A stretch of DNA of 42,546 nucleotides from a virus (lineage: Duplodnaviria > Caudoviricetes): IMG/VR virus record IMGVR_UViG_3300011338_000488, positions 1-42,546 of that record. One strand, 5' to 3'. The notes under the pieces were generated by a model, which worked only from the letters and a program-made list of their open reading frames with translations, was not told the origin of the DNA and did not search any database. Positions 17,896-28,151 of this stretch are shown one piece after another. Numbering within the stretch: position 1 is the stretch's first letter; every line of letters begins with the position of its first letter. Position numbers and translations under genes: made by a program.

Positions 17896-18221
17896 AATAC
17901 CTAATTGCCGTTTTAATTTTGTTAGTATCTGTACTGCTATACATCACCATTGATAATAGCACTAAGCTACATAAACAGATACAGAAAAACGAACAGCTAA
18001 CCCGAGATAGTTTGTCCCAAATATATGCTAAATTTGTGACAAAATCAGATAGCCTGCAAGCGCATATAGATACGATGCAATCGGCATTAGACAAACAAAT
18101 AAAACAGTTTAGATATGACCTATACCGAATTAAGATTATTCAAATACCGAGTGTTAATTATAGCGATATTTCTGACACTTTGCTCATTAGCCGCCTCTTG
18201 TCAAATTACAAAAGTAAATAA
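17892..18221 (+). CDS. membrane-anchored coiled-coil protein, i-spanin candidate
   Basis: Single N-terminal TM helix then coiled coil; overlaps next gene. Confidence 0.5.
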   Translation: MKYLIAVLILLVSVLLYITIDNSTKLHKQIQKNEQLTRDSLSQIYAKFVTKSDSLQAHIDTMQSALDKQIKQFRYDLYRIKIIQIPSVNYSDISDTLLISRLLSNYKSK

Positions 18222-18573
18222 CGGTTTTTTGATTACGCGCGAATATGCCGAATTCATCGCCGCGCGTTTTGATAGTTTAGATGCCTATAAAATTGCATAT
18301 GGCGAATGTGTTAATAGGGCGGTTGAATGTGATGCGTTGCTGAATAAATCTGAAAGGCTTATAGCTGATATGAAAGTACAGCACCATACACAAAGCGACA
18401 TGATATTATTAAAAGATGCTATGATTAAAAGCTATGAACGCGACATTATAATTTTTAAAGACATTGAAAAGAAACTGAAAAAAGAAACACGTTTGAAAAA
18501 AGTGTGGAAAATAACAACTTACGCGTTTATATCTGTATCTTTGGGTGCGTTAACATATTCAATATTTAAATGA
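18151..18573 (+). CDS. putative lipoprotein with C-terminal TM helix, spanin candidate
   Basis: Probable GTG start 18151; hydrophobic signal ending LAAS-C, coiled coil, C-terminal hydrophobic helix. Confidence 0.5.
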   Translation: MLIIAIFLTLCSLAASCQITKVNNGFLITREYAEFIAARFDSLDAYKIAYGECVNRAVECDALLNKSERLIADMKVQHHTQSDMILLKDAMIKSYERDIIIFKDIEKKLKKETRLKKVWKITTYAFISVSLGALTYSIFK

Positions 18574-20264
18574 ACGGTTTACTAATATATTTTGATGGCA
18601 TTCCGCAAGATTTAGACAACTTTAACGGTACTGAATCTGCAAGTTTTGTTTTTAGACGTAAAGATGAAGCTGGTGATTCTGCATTTTCTTTTGCCCCAGA
18701 ATTAACTGTTGTTGGCGATACATACGAATATGTTAAACAGCAAATAATAAACACGCCTAATCCAAATATATCCGCTATACAAGTATTGATTTATGATACA
18801 TGCTGCACTAATACCGATGGTACCGACCGTTTATTATTTACAGGAAAGATTGAAGGCGGTTCAGTTCGCTGGTGTACATTCCCGACATGTGAAGCGCAAG
18901 TTACGGTAGTTGATAATTCAGTAGATGCTTTGGCAATTAGGTGTTTAAAAAATAATTTTCCGTGGGATACGTTAAGGGCAAACACGGTAAATAATACAAG
19001 TACATTAGGCATAGATGAATTTAGGTTTGCACCGTTTATGTATTATTGCAATGACCTAAAACCAAGTGCAACGCAGGAAGCGATAATGTTATTAGGTTTA
19101 TATTATTTAGTTTTATTTACCCCTGTATTAGCATTATTTCAATTGTTTAATATTATATCAGGTGTTGATTCTAATGTTTTTGAAAACCTATCTAATTTTA
19201 TAGTAGGATGTGGCCGCCGACATATAGCGCCTTATTTAGATAGCCAATTTAAAAACCTTTGTAAGCGTTGCGGTTTAGGTTATCAAAGTAGCTTGTTTGA
19301 TGTTGGCGGTTATTATCATAATACAGTTAGATTAGATATTGGATTTGTACCTGGACCAGGTCAATTTTCAAATTATACAGAAGAAGGTGCTATAAGGGAT
19401 AATCAACCAAACCTAAACGGCATTCAATTTTTAGACGAACTAAAACAATGGAATATAGATTGGCGTGTTGTTAATGGCGTTTTACAGATTGAGCGCAAAG
19501 ATTATTTTGCAGGTGTTGAATGGTTTAATACTGATAACTTACAAAATGACCAGTTATTATCTATTTGTTATGAATCTTTAGGCGAACGTCCTGCGGCTTA
19601 TGCTGAATATGAATACCCTAAAGATGGTGTCGATAATAGTGGTGATGAAGTTGCAAAGCGTTGGACCGACCGCGTTATAAATTGGAATCCTGCAAATAAT
19701 CCGCAACAAGTAGGATTAAAAAGTAAAACGTTTACATTTTCAGCATCACAATTTAGGTTCGATTATAACGCGCCCGATGTAAATCCAATAGATAAGCCGT
19801 TTTATGTAACGTTTTATCCGTTTGTACAAACGCCCGAAAATGAAGTAGCGATGTTTTTAGAAAAGGGAGTTTCAAGTTTTCCAAAACTTATAAACTTGCG
19901 CGAGGTTTGGAATCAAAATATAGGCGGTGGTAATTTTCAACGTGGTATTGCAGTTCCTGATGTTGTTGTAATGCCCGATGGCAAACGCGCATATAATTAT
20001 AAGTGGTACGTTAAACAAAATCAGTTTGTTGATGGTGCAGGTGTAGCGCATGATACAGCCTATCAAACACTTTTATATATCGATGACCCGCGTTTAACAT
20101 CAGTTAAAACACGCAAAGTTACTATTTCAGTAACAGCGGATTGCGATTTACTTACAAGTTTAGATATAGACAAATACGTTACAACGCCGCAAGGTCAAGT
20201 ACAAATAACTGAAATAACCTACGATACTAACAATAATTCATTAACTATAAACGGTTTAATTTAA
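18570..20264 (+). CDS. virion structural protein (tail tip/hub candidate)
   Basis: Large beta-rich ORF downstream of tape measure; positional call. Confidence 0.55.
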   Translation: MNGLLIYFDGIPQDLDNFNGTESASFVFRRKDEAGDSAFSFAPELTVVGDTYEYVKQQIINTPNPNISAIQVLIYDTCCTNTDGTDRLLFTGKIEGGSVRWCTFPTCEAQVTVVDNSVDALAIRCLKNNFPWDTLRANTVNNTSTLGIDEFRFAPFMYYCNDLKPSATQEAIMLLGLYYLVLFTPVLALFQLFNIISGVDSNVFENLSNFIVGCGRRHIAPYLDSQFKNLCKRCGLGYQSSLFDVGGYYHNTVRLDIGFVPGPGQFSNYTEEGAIRDNQPNLNGIQFLDELKQWNIDWRVVNGVLQIERKDYFAGVEWFNTDNLQNDQLLSICYESLGERPAAYAEYEYPKDGVDNSGDEVAKRWTDRVINWNPANNPQQVGLKSKTFTFSASQFRFDYNAPDVNPIDKPFYVTFYPFVQTPENEVAMFLEKGVSSFPKLINLREVWNQNIGGGNFQRGIAVPDVVVMPDGKRAYNYKWYVKQNQFVDGAGVAHDTAYQTLLYIDDPRLTSVKTRKVTISVTADCDLLTSLDIDKYVTTPQGQVQITEITYDTNNNSLTINGLI

Positions 20265-22720
20265 TGTCTTATACTTACCAAAATATACAATTAGATTGCA
20301 TTGATAGCAGTGGAAATGTTTTATATAATATAGATACGTTTACATCTTCAACTATACCCGCCGCGCCTATTGAAGGTTTTGCAATAGGTAATAAAATTAG
20401 GCTAACATTAACTATAACAAGTAGTGGCGCTAATAGCTTTTTAAATAAATTCCTTAGGTTTAACCCCGCGTTATTTACGGTTAATAATAGTATCAATGCT
20501 TTTAATTTTGGTTATGAAAGCATGAACCCATTAAGCACAACGCCACAACAAGCGTTTTTAAATTTTTCAGCACCGTTTTTAGATAACATCTATTGCGAAA
20601 TGTCGAAGAACGCGGCACCGCACGATACAGCTACCGTTCTATTTGAATTTTATGTTACACAGGATGTTTTAGATTATCTTAGCACATCATTAAGCGCGCA
20701 AAATACAAAACGATTTTTAAGTTCACGCGGCCAAGGTCCTGACTTAATCAATCTTTATCAGTCAGCTTATAGTACGCTTATTAGATTTTTGGGTTTAACT
20801 TGCAAAGTATTTGATTATAGCGGTTTTGATGCCCAAGTTCAAACGCCAACGGGTAACAGATTTTTGCGCCTACCTGTTGCTTTGCGTTGGTATAATTCTG
20901 ATATCGATGGCGATACTACAGGCATGCGTTTTATTGAAACTATAGAAATAGAATCAGCATCACAAGTAGCCGCAAGTTTACCGTTTTTAACTGATGTAAA
21001 AGCAACAAGCGCACAAGCTAATCAGGCGGCTGTAGCTAATGGCATGTTTACGGTAACATCTAACCAGTTAGCAGTAGGCGAAGCAAATAACGTTAGAATG
21101 TTATTGCGCGGCGATGCTTATGTAGGTTCGGCTAATAACCCACCGATTACAGATGTTCGAATTTTGCTTTTTAGGGTTGACAATGCCACAAATACAGCTG
21201 ATTTCGTTACTGATTTAACTTTGTCAGATGCCATAATACCGCAAGCAACACCGGGCAGCGGACAATTAAACGGCGCTATTTATTCGCCTTCAGATTGGTT
21301 TGAAAACATACCTGCAGCCGATGATATTGAAGTACAATTTATTATTGATGGAACACAACTACAAATTAACGGTCAGTATTACATAGTAGTAAACATTCAC
21401 GATAGTGTAAACCCCGATGAAGCAACATCACATATCAGCCCAATATTAGCAGCTACTTATACACCGCCTGCAATACCTACACTAACAGGTTATCTAAGTA
21501 CATACAATACAGAATATAGCGGTAATGAATTAACTATTGCACCGCACCAACGAATTAAGGCGCGTTTAGATATTGATAAGCTAAGTTATGCAACGGCTTT
21601 AACTGCTTTAGGTTTAACAGGTACTTTTGATGGTTCGTTAGCTGGTATTATCTGTAAACTTACAAATGTACCGGGCGTAGTTAACCAAGTACAAGGTTTT
21701 ATACCAGCAACACCGCCAATTACAACGGCCGATATGACTATTATAACCAATACGGCTAATGACCTTATTTTAGATTGTATCTTTAGAATAGCTGAAGAAT
21801 ACGCGGGTACATCTACAGAAATAACGTGGACCGTTAGTATGAATCAACCTACATCGGTAAACGGCATTACTCAGTTAACGCAAATAGATTTTGTTCAAAA
21901 ATTAGATGTTGATGTTTTTGAAAACGATGCAATAACCCCTAACTTATTAGCGATTCGCTTTTATGATTTAGAAGATTATATTGTAGGTATCAAAACCGAA
22001 ATAATAGATATTTGCGATGCGGACCAGATTATAGCTGAAGTAGAAAAAGACCCGACATTTACAGGTTCAATTAACTTTATAGCTACTATTTACCCGGCTA
22101 ATGAATTAGGCGATACAAATAACAATGCTATTGAAGAAGAATCAAGTTGGCAGCCTATTACTATTCAAATTCAACAGTTAACCAGCGCTAAACTTGCTGA
22201 TGTTGACGCATCATTTGGTACTGATGATTTTGCGGTATTTAAAATAAATGTGCTACAGTTAACGCAAGGCCAACGTTATTGGGTAACAGGTATTGCATAT
22301 CAGCAAGTGCCTGATTATTGCCCTATTGGCTTAGTTGCACTTACAAGTACATCTACTTACCGCGTTGTTGGCGTTTTACCTTTGTGGACCATAACAGGCA
22401 ACCCTACAGCGGTAATTGCTGAAATATTAGCGCATCCCGATTATGTAGGCGGTTTAAATGTTGTTCAAAATAACTTTACAGATTTTGCAGGTAATCCTGT
22501 TGGTGTTTTAAGTTACGCGGGCAATGTTGTTACTGCAATAAAGATTAGCGATACAATACCGGTAGCTTATTATAGGTTTATAGTTGATGCTGATTTTGAC
22601 CCTGGTACAGGCCCGCACACAATTAGACATGAAATACTAATGCCTGTTCCAATACCTGCACCAAGTTTAATACCTATTGTAACTTTTGATAATACTTATA
22701 AATGTAGCGATTTAGGATAA
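20264..22720 (+). CDS. large virion structural protein (tail tip/baseplate candidate)
   Basis: 818 aa, T/N/I-rich beta composition; TAATG-coupled. Confidence 0.55.
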   Translation: MSYTYQNIQLDCIDSSGNVLYNIDTFTSSTIPAAPIEGFAIGNKIRLTLTITSSGANSFLNKFLRFNPALFTVNNSINAFNFGYESMNPLSTTPQQAFLNFSAPFLDNIYCEMSKNAAPHDTATVLFEFYVTQDVLDYLSTSLSAQNTKRFLSSRGQGPDLINLYQSAYSTLIRFLGLTCKVFDYSGFDAQVQTPTGNRFLRLPVALRWYNSDIDGDTTGMRFIETIEIESASQVAASLPFLTDVKATSAQANQAAVANGMFTVTSNQLAVGEANNVRMLLRGDAYVGSANNPPITDVRILLFRVDNATNTADFVTDLTLSDAIIPQATPGSGQLNGAIYSPSDWFENIPAADDIEVQFIIDGTQLQINGQYYIVVNIHDSVNPDEATSHISPILAATYTPPAIPTLTGYLSTYNTEYSGNELTIAPHQRIKARLDIDKLSYATALTALGLTGTFDGSLAGIICKLTNVPGVVNQVQGFIPATPPITTADMTIITNTANDLILDCIFRIAEEYAGTSTEITWTVSMNQPTSVNGITQLTQIDFVQKLDVDVFENDAITPNLLAIRFYDLEDYIVGIKTEIIDICDADQIIAEVEKDPTFTGSINFIATIYPANELGDTNNNAIEEESSWQPITIQIQQLTSAKLADVDASFGTDDFAVFKINVLQLTQGQRYWVTGIAYQQVPDYCPIGLVALTSTSTYRVVGVLPLWTITGNPTAVIAEILAHPDYVGGLNVVQNNFTDFAGNPVGVLSYAGNVVTAIKISDTIPVAYYRFIVDADFDPGTGPHTIRHEILMPVPIPAPSLIPIVTFDNTYKCSDLG

Positions 22721-22745
22721 AATTTTTTAATTTAATTTTTATTTG

Positions 22746-22753
22746 TATCTTTG
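22746..22753 (+). promoter_or_regulatory. possible -7 promoter element TATCTTTG
   Basis: TAnnTTTG match just upstream of ATG 22761. Confidence 0.45.
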
Positions 22754-22760
22754 CGAATAT

Positions 22761-23717
22761 ATGTTAGTAAATTATCCTGTTTCATATACGCCCGAAATTA
22801 GTAGGACTTATTCATTTAGGCAGCCTGTACCGATTCGGTATGCCTGCCCTATTTTGCCGCCTAATTTAATGCAGAATTTTAACGATGCGTGGAATTGTAA
22901 TCTTTGCGGTTCAGATTTACCGTTTTATATACCGTATGTTGAAGGCGATGTTATACCGTTTCAAACGCAAGTAACAGATAATTTTAATCAACCTAATGAT
23001 GTTTTAGTAGCAGGTTTTCAAACATCTACAAGTACATCGCATTATGTAGTAGTTAGCTTATATGATTGTTGTGGTGAAAATTTAATAAGTGATTTTATTG
23101 ATGAATTTTCAGATACTTACTATGTAGCGCAAAGCCTTGCAACAGGTAGCATTCAAACGTTCTTTGTTAATACGGGTTTATTGCCCGCTGATTTGGATTG
23201 TTTTAGATTGTCAATTGATTTCTTTAAAATAAATCAGATTACCTTAGAACCTGAATTAGATAGAAGGTTATTTACTGAATACTATAAAAAAGTTGAAGGT
23301 TGCGGTAACTTAAACGATACTTCGCTAATTTATAGCACTTATGCAAATTATGATTGCAACGGTAATTTTTACGGAACTTTGACTAATTATTTAGGTTCTA
23401 ATAATACGCCGTTTTATAATTCGCTTCGTATTTTCGGAACTGTTGAGTTCTTTGGCGATACTGAAGCGATTACAGAAAATGATAGAAATGTAGTTATTAG
23501 TAAAGATATAACAGAAAATTACGGTATTATTTCGGGCGCTGTGCCACCGTTTTACATTAAGTTACTACAACAAGCTGTGAGAGGCAATTACGTAGCTGTA
23601 GATGGTGTTCAGTATCAAAATTTCAGATATGATTCAAAGCCTGAAGATAACCGAATGTTTTTGTTAGATTTGTCATTTGACAAAAAATGTCGTTTAGATA
23701 ACAAGCAATGTAGGTGA
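22761..23717 (+). CDS. virion structural protein (distal tail candidate)
   Basis: Start moved to ATG 22761; Cys-rich; between tail-tip and tail-tube genes. Confidence 0.55.
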   Translation: MLVNYPVSYTPEISRTYSFRQPVPIRYACPILPPNLMQNFNDAWNCNLCGSDLPFYIPYVEGDVIPFQTQVTDNFNQPNDVLVAGFQTSTSTSHYVVVSLYDCCGENLISDFIDEFSDTYYVAQSLATGSIQTFFVNTGLLPADLDCFRLSIDFFKINQITLEPELDRRLFTEYYKKVEGCGNLNDTSLIYSTYANYDCNGNFYGTLTNYLGSNNTPFYNSLRIFGTVEFFGDTEAITENDRNVVISKDITENYGIISGAVPPFYIKLLQQAVRGNYVAVDGVQYQNFRYDSKPEDNRMFLLDLSFDKKCRLDNKQCR

Positions 23718-23752
23718 GGTCGGATTCATTTACAATTTTAAAAACAAAAAAC

Positions 23753-24628
23753 ATGAATATTTCATTTATCAATGGGTTTTTGGGCGCGTTTGGTGTTTGC
23801 CCACCTTGCATAGACGAGGATAACGCCCCTAACTATCTTTGCGACCCTTGCGATTCTACCGTTTATAGTGGTGGTATCGCTGGTTGGTTTGCAAAAAAAT
23901 GTAACTACGAATTTGACGATATTACAGATTCAACTGAGTGGGAAACTGCAATAGCTGATAAAAACGTATTTGGCCGCGTAAACGGTAGCCGTATTAGCGG
24001 TGGTTTGCCTGCACCTGAATTTACTACTAAAAAACGTGGTAGCTGCGGACAGGAGGAGGTAGTAAAACAGTCGCGCGTTGTATCACTTACCGATGCAGAA
24101 AATGACCTTACATTTACTATTGATGCGCTTTACAATTTCCTATCTAATCCTGCTAAAGCCGCTGGTTATGAATTTGGGTTTGTGACATGTGATGGTAGAT
24201 TCTTAGGTTGGTATTCTAATGTAACAGTTCGCCCATTTTATCAGATTGCTGAAACTGATGAAGACGATGCGTATTGGACTGTTGAATTCCGTTATAATGA
24301 ACAGTTAGGTACATTTAGCCAATTGTCTTTAGACTTCTTGTTAACATTGCCTTATAACGTTTGTTGGGTTACTTCAATCGTTGTAACAGGTACAGGTAAC
24401 GTTACAACTGTAGCCGATGGCGCAACCTTGCAAATGCTTGCTGCTATCCTACCATTGAACGCTACTGATTCAACTGTTACATGGTCTGTTGTTAACGGTA
24501 CCGGTACTGCAACTATTAGCGGCGGTGGTTTGCTTACTGCTACAAGTGCGGGCCAAGTTACTGTTATTGCAACGGCTAACGATGCTTCTGGTGTTACTGG
24601 TTCACTTGTAATTACGATTACTCCATAG
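23753..24628 (+). CDS. major tail (tube) protein with C-terminal Ig-like Big_2 domain
   Basis: C-terminal VTSI.V...TLQM.A.ILP.NATD..VTWS...ATIS..GLLTA...G.VTV.ATAND.SG; followed by terminator. Confidence 0.75.
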   Translation: MNISFINGFLGAFGVCPPCIDEDNAPNYLCDPCDSTVYSGGIAGWFAKKCNYEFDDITDSTEWETAIADKNVFGRVNGSRISGGLPAPEFTTKKRGSCGQEEVVKQSRVVSLTDAENDLTFTIDALYNFLSNPAKAAGYEFGFVTCDGRFLGWYSNVTVRPFYQIAETDEDDAYWTVEFRYNEQLGTFSQLSLDFLLTLPYNVCWVTSIVVTGTGNVTTVADGATLQMLAAILPLNATDSTVTWSVVNGTGTATISGGGLLTATSAGQVTVIATANDASGVTGSLVITITP

Positions 24629-24640
24629 TTAGATAGTTTT

Positions 24641-24672
24641 AGGGCGGTTGCTTAAATGTAGCCGCCCTCTTT
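24641..24672 (+). terminator. intrinsic terminator
   Basis: AGGGCGGTTGC...GTAGCCGCCCT hairpin, short U-tract. Confidence 0.7.
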
Positions 24673-24685
24673 AAAATCAAATCAA

Positions 24686-26476
24686 ATGAACATAGAACAG
24701 TTTTACGAATTTTTAAATACTGTAAATGCTACAATACTAAACCCACCTGTTCACCCATTTAAACAGGATTGGAAACGTATTTATGAAAGTATTAAACCGC
24801 ATTTTTACGGTGAAGTGCCGCCCGCGTTGGATAAGGCATTCCCAAATGAAGATGAACAAATATTAGCATACAGAAAAAATACGTATCAGCCTAAAACAGA
24901 ATCGCCATTGGTCAAAGCCATAACCGAACTGCATAGGCTTTTAAGTTCTGCTAAACATTCTGTTAGATTTGAAAATACAGATATGAAAGAATTTGCCGAA
25001 AATGAAAAGTTTGGCGATTCTAATTTACAAAGCTATATATTTTCTGTATTTATACCGAACCGCGTACTTGACCCTAACGCCGTTTTAATTATTGAACCTA
25101 AAGGCGAAGGTTTAGAAACCGATAACGTGCGCGTTAACATTGACATGAAAGTAATACAGTCTGATAGGATTGTTTTTAACGACCCTGAATACAGACTACT
25201 AATATATAAAGGCATATCAAAAAATAAATATGCTACCTTAGGTATTGAAAACCCGCTATACTATCACATCGTAACTGATATGTTTTACGCACAGGCGCGC
25301 GCGTATGGTGACAAAACAATGTTTGAAGTTATTTACGAGCACAACAGCGGCATTATGCCCTGGGTTACTTTAGGCGGTCGCGTTGTACCTAAATACGATA
25401 CATATGGCAATACGTTTAAAATTTATAAGTCTGATTTTAGCCCTGCAATACCTTACTTGAATGATGCTGCTATATTTGATAATCAGCACAAATCGGTTAT
25501 GCTTGCGACATGCTTTCCTATTAAATTTGTTGAAGGCGTTGACTGTAATAGTTGTAATGGCGTTGGCCGCGTTCCAGACCCGAATGATTATGATAGCAGT
25601 ATAACATGTAAAACTTGCAACGGTCACGGCAAAACACTAAGCATAACACCTTTAGCGGCGTATAATTTAAATCCTACTACATCTAAGTTTGGCGATAACG
25701 ATAAACAACAAGTTGAACCGATACGTTATTATTCGCCCGATGTTAGTACTATTCAAGAAACTAACAAGGTAGCTGATTCAGCACTAAGTAAAGCCGAACA
25801 AGTGTTAAACATAAACCGTTCTTTAAAGTCTGCACAATCGGGCGTGGCTAAAGAATTAGACCGTGAACCCGAATATATAGAAGTAGGTAAAATTTCAGAT
25901 GATGTTTATGCGCGTTATAAGGATGTTTTAAAGATTATTCAGGCAATTGTATTTTTAGATACTGAAAGCCCTATAATGGTGAACGCGCCGATTTCGTTTG
26001 ACTTGAAAACAGAAACCGAACTAATGGCAGAATTTGCAGCATCGCAAAAAGGTTTACCAGCGGCTATACGTTATGAATCTTATATTAGCTATGTAGACCG
26101 CCGTTATAATTCCGATGCTGTTGCACGCCAAATAGCTACAATTTGCGCCATGTATAATAGTGCCTATCTTTATACAGTTGAAGAACGTGTACAATTACTT
26201 GCGAGCGGTCAAATAACCGAAAAGGATGCAATTAGCGCTCAGTTCGTTTTTGATGCTGTTACCGAACTTTACTATGATGAAGGTTTTGATATTATGAATA
26301 ATGAATATACAGCAATAAAGAATGCTATTGATGCGAAGTTAGCGCCAAGGTTTGAAGCGGTTGCAAGTGTTGAAGTGCCGCAAATAGATATGAATCAGTT
26401 TGCTGCCGCTTATGAACAAATGGAACTAAGCGAAGAAGAAGATAATAACGAAGATAGCGATAACGATAATCAGTAA
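24686..26476 (+). CDS. portal protein with inserted CxxCxGxG zinc finger
   Basis: 596 aa, QSGVAKELD motif, acidic tail, precedes minor head gene; CNSCNGVG and CKTCNGHG. Confidence 0.75.
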   Translation: MNIEQFYEFLNTVNATILNPPVHPFKQDWKRIYESIKPHFYGEVPPALDKAFPNEDEQILAYRKNTYQPKTESPLVKAITELHRLLSSAKHSVRFENTDMKEFAENEKFGDSNLQSYIFSVFIPNRVLDPNAVLIIEPKGEGLETDNVRVNIDMKVIQSDRIVFNDPEYRLLIYKGISKNKYATLGIENPLYYHIVTDMFYAQARAYGDKTMFEVIYEHNSGIMPWVTLGGRVVPKYDTYGNTFKIYKSDFSPAIPYLNDAAIFDNQHKSVMLATCFPIKFVEGVDCNSCNGVGRVPDPNDYDSSITCKTCNGHGKTLSITPLAAYNLNPTTSKFGDNDKQQVEPIRYYSPDVSTIQETNKVADSALSKAEQVLNINRSLKSAQSGVAKELDREPEYIEVGKISDDVYARYKDVLKIIQAIVFLDTESPIMVNAPISFDLKTETELMAEFAASQKGLPAAIRYESYISYVDRRYNSDAVARQIATICAMYNSAYLYTVEERVQLLASGQITEKDAISAQFVFDAVTELYYDEGFDIMNNEYTAIKNAIDAKLAPRFEAVASVEVPQIDMNQFAAAYEQMELSEEEDNNEDSDNDNQ

Positions 26477-27327
26477 TGGACCTTAACGCACCGGAAAGAA
26501 TTAACGACAAAGCAATAGAAATTTTACAAAAACGGTACGATAAGTTAGAACCGAAATTTGTAAAAGATGTTGTGGCGTGGATTGAAAAGTTTAGAACAAG
26601 TTCAGGTAATTTAGTAAGGTCAAAGGAAAATATTAGCCGCCTTAGTACGTTTAAACGGGCAATAGAACGCTATCTTATTCAGTCGGGGTACAATGACATG
26701 GTAAGCGGTTTTTTATCGAATTTCGATACATTAGCCGCTGAACAACAAGCGATACAAAGCGAACTAAACGGCTTAAATATTACAAAAAGTTTTTTGAATC
26801 CTTTTAAACGTTGGGCCGTTAATAATGTTATAGCAGCTATGCAAGGCCAAGGCTTAACACAAACGTTAATAAACCCACTTAAACAAGAATTATTAGTAGC
26901 CGTTAACCAAGGTAGCAGCCTTACCGATGTGGTTACTTCAATTGCGGGTCAGCTTACAACAACAGAAGCGCGCCAAGGTGTTTTAAAACGAATATCTTTG
27001 CAGGCTTCGCGCGATGCGTTATTACAATATGATGGCGTGGTAAATGAAGCGGTGCGCAAAGTTTACAAAATGGATGCGCTGTTATACGTTGGTTCAATTG
27101 TTAAAGATAGCCGCAAACAATGTGAACAATGGGTACGTGAAACAAAAAACGGTAAATTAGGGTTAATATTATTTAAAGATTTAGAAGAAGAAATAGCATG
27201 GGCAAATAATGAAGGTACCGGCATGATACCAAATACAACGCCCGAAAACTTTTGCCAAAATCGCGGCGGTTATAATTGTAGGCATATCGCTTATCCTGTT
27301 AGGTCACAAAACTATAAAAAAGATTAA
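26476..27327 (+). CDS. minor head/morphogenesis protein (SPP1 gp7/Mu gpF-like)
   Basis: Y.G....DSR..C...RGGYNCRH C-terminal motif; directly after portal. Confidence 0.8.
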   Translation: MDLNAPERINDKAIEILQKRYDKLEPKFVKDVVAWIEKFRTSSGNLVRSKENISRLSTFKRAIERYLIQSGYNDMVSGFLSNFDTLAAEQQAIQSELNGLNITKSFLNPFKRWAVNNVIAAMQGQGLTQTLINPLKQELLVAVNQGSSLTDVVTSIAGQLTTTEARQGVLKRISLQASRDALLQYDGVVNEAVRKVYKMDALLYVGSIVKDSRKQCEQWVRETKNGKLGLILFKDLEEEIAWANNEGTGMIPNTTPENFCQNRGGYNCRHIAYPVRSQNYKKD

Positions 27328-27330
27328 CAC

Positions 27331-27957
27331 ATGCAGAACTTTCAAAAAATACTAAAAGACCGCGGCTATTATTCGGGCGCTATTGATGGCATAGTTGGCC
27401 CGTTAACATTAGGCGGTGCAAAACAATGGATTGACGCGGAAATGAATATACGCGGTTGGGTAAAACCTGTTAACGACCTTGTGTGGATTAGAACTGACCA
27501 AACGTTTGATAATAAGTTTTCCGATTATGTTGTAAGATTCAACAACAGAATAGCCGATATGGTTATGGCATGCAGTACAACACCAGGTGATAATATTATT
27601 TTTAACCCGCTAACCGTTGGGGGTATAACTGGTTCAGCGGTTGCATGTGAACAACAAGTAATAGGTTCACATAGATTTGTAACTGGTCCTGATTGGCGTC
27701 ATTTATGGTTAAATGCACCGTATTTTTTCCAAGCTGGTGCTATTGATATTTGGCGCGATAACACACGCGACCGAAAGTTAGATAAAACCGTTAAAACTCG
27801 CGGTTGGTATGGCATAAATTTTCACCGCGGCGGTATAGGTCATGCTGTTGATACGTGGTCGGCTGGTTGTTTAATAGTGCCCGATAGAATTTGGTTCGAA
27901 GCTATCAAAATATTTAGACCTAATCAACTTATTAACTTTACACTAATAGAACTTTAG
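27331..27957 (+). CDS. putative endolysin: PG-binding N-terminus plus YkuD/L,D-transpeptidase-like Cys-His domain
   Basis: Q..L...GYY.G.IDGIVGP.T (PG_binding_1); GINFH...WSAGC. Confidence 0.75.
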   Translation: MQNFQKILKDRGYYSGAIDGIVGPLTLGGAKQWIDAEMNIRGWVKPVNDLVWIRTDQTFDNKFSDYVVRFNNRIADMVMACSTTPGDNIIFNPLTVGGITGSAVACEQQVIGSHRFVTGPDWRHLWLNAPYFFQAGAIDIWRDNTRDRKLDKTVKTRGWYGINFHRGGIGHAVDTWSAGCLIVPDRIWFEAIKIFRPNQLINFTLIEL

Positions 27958-27958
27958 C

Positions 27959-28150
27959 ATGTTAGTAATTAAAGCAAAGCATAAAACAAACGGTACTGAA
28001 TATCAGTTTACCCCTGCGCAATGGTACGCCGAACAGCAAACAGGTAACTATAATTACTTAGGTACTATTCACGTATCAGAACCAGCGCAACCTATTCAAA
28101 GAACAGTAACCCCTAAACGCGGCTGCGGCTGTGCAAATAAACGTAGATAA
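27959..28150 (+). CDS. small hypothetical protein ending RGCGCANKRR
   Basis: Tightly packed ORF in operon. Confidence 0.65.
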   Translation: MLVIKAKHKTNGTEYQFTPAQWYAEQQTGNYNYLGTIHVSEPAQPIQRTVTPKRGCGCANKRR

Positions 28151-28151
28151 T

